A stretch of DNA of 54,858 nucleotides, counting the filler, from Dirinaria sp. TL-2023a (taxonomy: Eukaryota), in assembly GCA_051941275.1 (NCBI GenBank). It is 4 parts of 4 records of this genome, joined end to end, with 100 filler letters (N's around TTAATTAATTAA, not from the genome) between each part and the next. Parts side by side here need not be neighbours in the genome. Positions count along the whole stretch, not along the records: positions 41,234 to 54,858 come from JAVEBF010000669.1; 3 more parts are not named here. One strand, 5' to 3'. Positions 48,873 through 54,858 of this stretch are shown here, in pieces. A program made the position numbers and the translations under genes. How positions within the stretch are numbered: position 1 is the first letter of the stretch; each line of letters starts with the position of its first letter. The notes beneath the pieces were generated by a model that saw only the letters and a program-made list of their open reading frames with translations, was not told the DNA's origin and did not search any database.

Positions 48873-51800
48873 TCAGCCTAACGGCCGGATTGGATGTGGG
48901 CCCGTCTTTCTTGAGCCGAGCCTCGAGCCAAGCTTCCCGCCGGCCCAGACCTTGATTTTGGTTCGTGTTGAGTGTAGCTTCTTATCGATTATTTTCTGGA
49001 GTGACATGACATGGACCGGATACTTGTCTCTAAAGCCCTCCAAGGTATCGAGATTCCGCTTATAGGCTTCTTTTCTATCGCTGGAATTTCCACGTAAGTC
49101 AACGTCGTAGTTTATGAATATGTCCAAGATTTGTAGCCACTTCTCTATATTAACATTCGTCTTCGCTGCAGCCTGAGCGCGATGCAGAATATGCTCCCAG
49201 ATAGGAAGCGGCTTGTACCCAGACTGATCGTTAGGGTTTGCGCCACATTCGAGAAGCAATTGAGCAGTCTCCGGACTTGGACAATCGGGATTGCTAGCCA
49301 TGTCAAGTAAAGTTATTCTTCGAATGATCCGATCAGGATCTGAGAGGTCCTCTTTGAAAAAGGTGGCGATGTAATCTGGATCTTCGGGGTGTCGAGCTTG
49401 TGCGTTGAGGACCCAAAATCTAACGTAGTGGTGAAGACCATAGAACACAGCAACGTCCGCAAAAGAGTAGAAATTATCAGAGGGGACCGTAGTATCAAGA
49501 TATTGAAACCATTGTCCGTCGAAAGGCCCAGTCCAACGTATAAGATGGCGTTGCATCACCACATTGAGGTCATTGAGGAGGTTGACTTGGGCTTCCGTAG
49601 TGAGAGATTGCGCTCGTTGTGCCAAGAGTAATGCGTGCGTTGCTGGTTCTACCAATTCGCTTTTGAAAAGGCCGTAACCCAGCGGATTACTGACGAGTCT
49701 CCCAGCAAGCTGGTATAACAGAATGATAGATCGGAGTAGTGATGTACATGGATCGAAGGGGTTAGTCACCGTATATTCTGTCATGGTACTCCAGACCTCA
49801 CTTTCTATGAAGTCTCTCGCTGTGCGATGGAGGAAAGCAACCTCCCAAGTGACTTTTGTTCGCAGGGTCGTTTCGGCATCTAGAGCATCGACTCGATTCC
49901 ATACAAAATCAGGTACCTCGAGTAAACCAGCACACCAGGTCTGTAGGCGCCGTCTCATAACGTCGCATAGAGTAGACAGATTTCTTGCTAACCATACTTC
50001 GGACACAGAGTCTACATCGACGTTAGGCTTCTCCTCTACGGCTAGAGCAAGCAGCAAAAGTGTGACTTGTGTCGTACGTTGGTTGTCGAAGCTGCGCTCG
50101 CTTTGTATGGAACGCATTGTTTGAACCATTTGGAATATCTGTGAGGTCCGACTTAGGTAAAGCTTGTCGACTTGGCCAAGCATGTGATGGTATAGGTCAA
50201 TAAGGTCGGATGGTAGAGCCCCGAGCCGAGCACGGAGGTGTGTCATTTGATCATCATTACTCAAACCATCTAACAATGATCGAACAACCAGCTTGACCCA
50301 TAAGAAGACTCCTTGGGCTTTATTACAGACCTCTTCCACAAAGTCATACTTCTGAAACGAGTCCAATTTCACGTTTTCCTGTATTCTAGGATCGGTATCC
50401 AGTTTATCAACGACGTATCGTCTAATATCTCCAGAAGTCAAGTCCTGTAGGCGGAGACCCGGGCTTTTCTTGAATGATTCTTCGAACAAGAGTAGCGGGC
50501 GGCTCGATACGCAGACTTTGATGAATCTTGAAGAATTAAGACTCCTGAGCAGCTGAATCATATGTTGGCGGTCGTCACCATCCTCATTGCCCTCGAACTC
50601 ATCAAGCCCATCTATAAACAGGCATATATTCATGGGCATATCCACTATATCAACAAGGCGTCGTAATGCATCCTGTAGCCGGGGGAGAGCCCACCACCGC
50701 CTTGGAAGATCTGACAGGTCTGTTACTGTTGGGCTTTGTAGAAAAGCATGTTCGTCCGGAAAGACCGAGGGAATAAGCTTTGGCTGGTATTGTAGGATCT
50801 GGAATAGCAGGGAGCGAAGGAGGCCCGCCTGCGATCTCTGCTCTGGAGTCCCGCTGTTCCAAAAGAAGAACGTTGCGACTAACACCGGCTTCGTTCCCGA
50901 CCACAGCGATAACACTTCTGAGGTCATTTTATGATTGTATATGTACTTCATCAATGTTGACTTTCCCGAACCAGCTTTGCCGTTGACCCAATATATGCCT
51001 CTTCCATCTCGAAGCCAATGGATAAAATTGTTCCACGGTAGATTTCGTGTTTCGTGGCGTGGTTCATCGAATATCCATTCGAATGTGCTGTGATATGCGT
51101 GTGCGACCTCGTCTTGACGGTCTTGCATAGCTGGAAAGCTGAGGCTATCAAGCAACGTTCGAGCTATCCGAGCTTCTGTTTTGTGTATAACGTCGACCGG
51201 TGGCTCATTATTGCCCGTCGATTGCAGGAATGAAGCAGATGTTGCTTGTCCTAGCCCTTTGTGTTGTACGAGATCGAGAATCATAGCCCTCGTTTGCGCT
51301 TGCTCGCTGATTATTACACCCTTTATCTCTTTTGTATGATCTTGAAGCGCTGTTGTGAAAACAGATCGGTTTAGGATCAATAGGTCGACAATGTTCTGCG
51401 CTGCGAGGTTCAGTTTGTGAAAGTTTTGAGAAGCCCGGAGAGTCTGAAGATCGATATCCCGTCTGCATTGATATTAGCATCTTGGTCCCGGAATATGGAG
51501 ATATAGCTATCAAGAGCTCTCACTTCATGGAAACCAAGATAGCTGTGTCAAGCTCCGATATGTACGCTTTCAGTCTCTTCATGAGCGCATCGAGCTCCTC
51601 TTTAGTCCACATAATCTTGATTGCCTGCCGAATACTACCCCAGACTGATGGCGGTCCTCGTTTCTTGATTGCTTCCAGTCGATCCAGTATATCCACAGCA
51701 ATCATTCTGCAGGCTTTTGAGATTTCAATGAGTCGCTTCGAGCTCTTAGACACCGATCCGCGCGAGGTTGTACGATCCACGGATTCTAAATGATCATCGA

Positions 51801-51975
51801 GCTCACGCACTGTCCCTAAGAGACGGGTGGTGACAGTCTCCATTTCCATATTCTCTTCAGAGGCTCCTGAAGCCGAATTGTAGACATGGTGGGCTTCCGC
51901 AGTAAGTTTGCACCCGAGCTGGACGAATTGGACCACATTGCCAGCAAGAGATAAGGCAGTAAAAGGTTCAATCAT
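48873..51975 (-). CDS. NACHT NTPase (fungal NLR-like STAND protein) with SesA/HeLo-like N-terminal domain (2 exons; intron 51463-51523)
   Basis: N-terminal 'EPFTALSLAGNVVQFVQ', 'STFEWIF', Walker A GKAGSGKST, Walker B CLFIDGLDE, 'VSSRP', 'AQGVFLWVKLV' and 'FLHRTARDF'. Confidence 0.9.
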
Positions 51976-52412
51976 CTCAATCGTCTCGCTGTGGATGCTT
52001 CAAGAGGATGACCACCGCAAGTGTGGAAGGAATGGATACAACCTGAGAAAGCAATAAGGTAGACATGACTGAAGTAGGCGCAAAGGAAAAGCCTCGAAAC
52101 ATGGGGTTTCGGTAGCTCAATCATGTAGAAGTTCACAGCCTCTTTTGCAGATCAAAATTTAGTGAACGAACAGGGCAGGCAGTTCGGCGTTGAGGCTGAG
52201 ATGCAAGGGTCCTGCCGTGCATGCGAATTTTTATCAGACTAGCAATCCATGAAGCGATTACAATGATTAATATTCAACAAAAACAAAAGAGACAAATGTA
52301 GTTATGCAGTAATAAGTGAAAAGGCATTCTTCAACTGCGACGAGTACTATTTCAGGAGTACTTCTTTAAAATTTGTAAATATATTTTTTAATATCAATTG
52401 CTGAATTGTATT

Positions 52413-52483
52413 GCGACAATGGTTTAGTGGTAAAATTCGTCGTTGCCATCGACGAGCCCTGGGTTCGATTCCCAGTTGTCGCA
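52413..52483 (+). tRNA. tRNA-Gly (GCC)
   Basis: Acceptor stem GCGACAA/TTGTCGC, anticodon arm CGTCG-TTGCCAT-CGACG, T-arm CTGGG-TTCGATT-CCCAG and a downstream T-tract terminator. Confidence 0.96.
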
Positions 52484-53624
52484 ACTTTCTTTTTGATTTT
52501 TTTCCATACCAGTCTTTGGAAGTATCCTTGTGACAAGATGAAGAAAAATTTATTTGTCAGATTCGTCAGGATGTCTGGACATTCATCACTTTCGGTTCTG
52601 ATAGGAGGGTCTGCTGTCTGACGAGCTGGGCTTAGATTCTTGGCTCTGTTGGGCACGGCTCCTACGGCTCCCATGTCTCCTGGCCGTCTTCTGATCGACA
52701 GGTAGAGTGCCTTACTTCTACGGGTACCTACGCCAAATTCCTCACGTCCCGAAAATGGGTAGCTCTGTTACGAATTCCAATTTCGACACCTCTAAGATGG
52801 CTTTCTCTGCTCGACGCAAGCACTCAAAGATCCATTGGGTGGAGAGGCAAAGGATACCATGATATGATATTCGCCCTTACGCACTTCTGCTTTCGAACCG
52901 CTACACTGCGCTTTGGGCGCCTGCCATCTGCATCCAAAATAATCTAAGTTGATAGATTTCCCGCGCTGGCAGGCCATTTCTGAACGTCTTTCTTCAGATC
53001 GACAACGCAATCCAAATTCGAGTCTACAAGTTTTGCTCCATTATTTTCACCTGATGCAAAGAAGAAGCAAAAGAAAAAAGAAAAAAATTGAGACGCAATA
53101 TCCTTTAAGCAATTGAAGATTTTCCGGATTTCCTATCAAACAAAGAAGTTACTCAACTCTACAAGATGGCTATAGACGAGGCTGAAAAGTCTGAAGAAAG
53201 CGATGTTCTGTATGAAATCGGGCGATGTGTTGAATGGCCATATGTAAGTTATCTAGCCCGGTTTCTGCGCGTAGCATAAATCCACAAGAACCCGCAGAGA
53301 GATGCAGCAGTATTGCGATTGGGGGCAAAACAGCCAGCCCTAGAGATCTGATGGTACCGTGCTCCTAACTTACACTCCTGATGTTCTGTGTCTTGCAAGT
53401 ACTACAGACTCTGATACGGGCTCGAGACCGAAGCAGAGGAATGACACCGGCTTGGATTTTCTTGTGACGTATATGTCGATCGACTGTCCCGGACTGGTTG
53501 AATCAAGTTGAATTTGAAGCAGATATTCTCCATTAAGCTTTCCCCCTGTAGCCTACAGTCCGGTAAAGGTATAATTATTTGCACTGGCACTAACAGTGCC
53601 CAAAGGCCTGCCCTGATGACGCTT

Positions 53625-54858
53625 TCAGGATTCTCGTATTGCCTTCGGAAAGTCCCCAACGCCAAGCCTAAATTTCTGAGACCAGTATACTGCTGTCTCG
53701 AGAGTTAATGCTTGTGCGGCGGCGCAAAAGGTTTCGGGATTTACCGTTGCTAAAGACTGTGTAAGAATCGGCTATCAAGGCAGTCAGCCCATAATCAAAA
53801 TGGTTCTGACCTGAATTGCGGACTACCATTGTTCAAAGAGCTTTTGGAATCTGCATCCTTCTCACTAACTTCATCGCCGCACCCATGTTCAAGCGCCAGG
53901 TCGTGTACAGCTTGTGGCATGTAGGCATGGTCTCTGGCTAAGTTGGCAATCTGATCAGCATCAGATGATGATTGGCGCGGCGAATACATACTACCAGAGT
54001 ACCTTGGGCTAACGATATCCACAAGGTGATGCAGCTCATGTAGGAATATAGATCCCGTGGTTTGCCAAAGTAATGTGGCATTGTGTGTTTGGTCGATGCC
54101 CTCATGCTTGAGCGCCTCGATATGTGAGAACATATCGTCCAGACTCCGCAGACTCAGTGCATCAATGTTCGAACCATTTTTCTGGACCAAATTCCAGAAG
54201 TAATCGCAGAATCTGGCAATTGAGCGTTAATTACTAAGTATTTGATTTGCTCATTGCTTGTAGCAGACAGCGCACTCACACAACGTAGTAATTATTCTGA
54301 TCCAGAGGTGTTTTAGCAAGAGCTAGGATTCCAAAGACCATAAAAACTTACCCAGAACGCACCTGGGTAGTTTTGGGAATAGGCAATTGGCCCGCCAGAT
54401 CCATCTGCCTGGCACAAAGGCAGACCATCGCCGGTAGGTGGCCCATATCGAGCCGTCTCATGATAGTACACATTAATATGGGATTTGAAGGGAATAGTGC
54501 TTGGATAGAAAGCATTTCGGGCGTTCGTGAGGGCAGCTATCCGATAGTGATCAGCCATTCTGCCCAATAGAAACCTCAAATACGTTGGATGTACGCACCT
54601 CTCATATCACGCTTAGCTCTCTTGCTGCCACAGTTGTGGGTGCCAAATGCGTATTCCGCGATAGTCTGCAAGTTGCCGCCATAGGACCATTCATCCCCAG
54701 CCTTAGCAAGGCGATGTGCGTCGGTCCAAGCCGTACCCAGAACGTGCTTTTCGAACTCTTGAGACGCTAGTGAGCCCTAGCACTCGCTTCAGCCAGCACG
54801 TATAGTCAGCAACGGCGCCGTGGCCGGCTTCCCATACCTTTGCATTGTAAAATCTTAA
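53625..54858 (-). CDS. M35-like (HExxH+D) zinc metallopeptidase, multi-exon, 5' end outside the window
   Basis: Hand-spliced: ...AWTDAHRLA...NNYYVVFCDYFW...GSIFLHELHHL...DHAY...NNADSYTVF..., with the stop at 53625-53627. Confidence 0.72.

Noticed and set aside
52413..52483. tRNA-Gly as a mobile-element integration site
   Set aside because: No duplicated tRNA fragment, LTR, TIR or integrase seen.

Overview
Eukaryotic DNA from a filamentous ascomycete, with short GT-AG introns and CTRAC branch points. A lichen-forming or related Pezizomycotina fungus is plausible but is only an inference. The window is not one locus: it is four contigs of 13663, 13642, 13628 and 13625 bp joined by artificial N44-TTAATTAATTAA-N44 linkers. 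Contig 1 carries CDC14 and three uncharacterised genes, one with 42-aa tandem repeats. Contig 2 is a dense housekeeping block: dynein light intermediate chain, IST3, HSV2, septin CDC11, Bax inhibitor BXI1, ceramide synthase and MRPS35, whose intron holds a two-guide box C/D snoRNA. Contig 3 carries RTT106, an MHYT sensor, ARO2, lipoate ligase, an orphan gene and a truncated CIA1. Contig 4 looks like an accessory antagonism/defence region: a glycine-zipper pseudogene, a three-exon NFAP2-like antifungal peptide gene missed by the ORF track, a tandem KP4/Ecp2-like secreted protein, a 511-aa secreted protein, a NACHT NLR-like gene, tRNA-Gly(GCC) and an M35-like metalloprotease. The NFAP2-like peptide has lost exactly one cysteine pair. 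Gene models were spliced by hand, and family assignments come from recalled motifs, not database searches.
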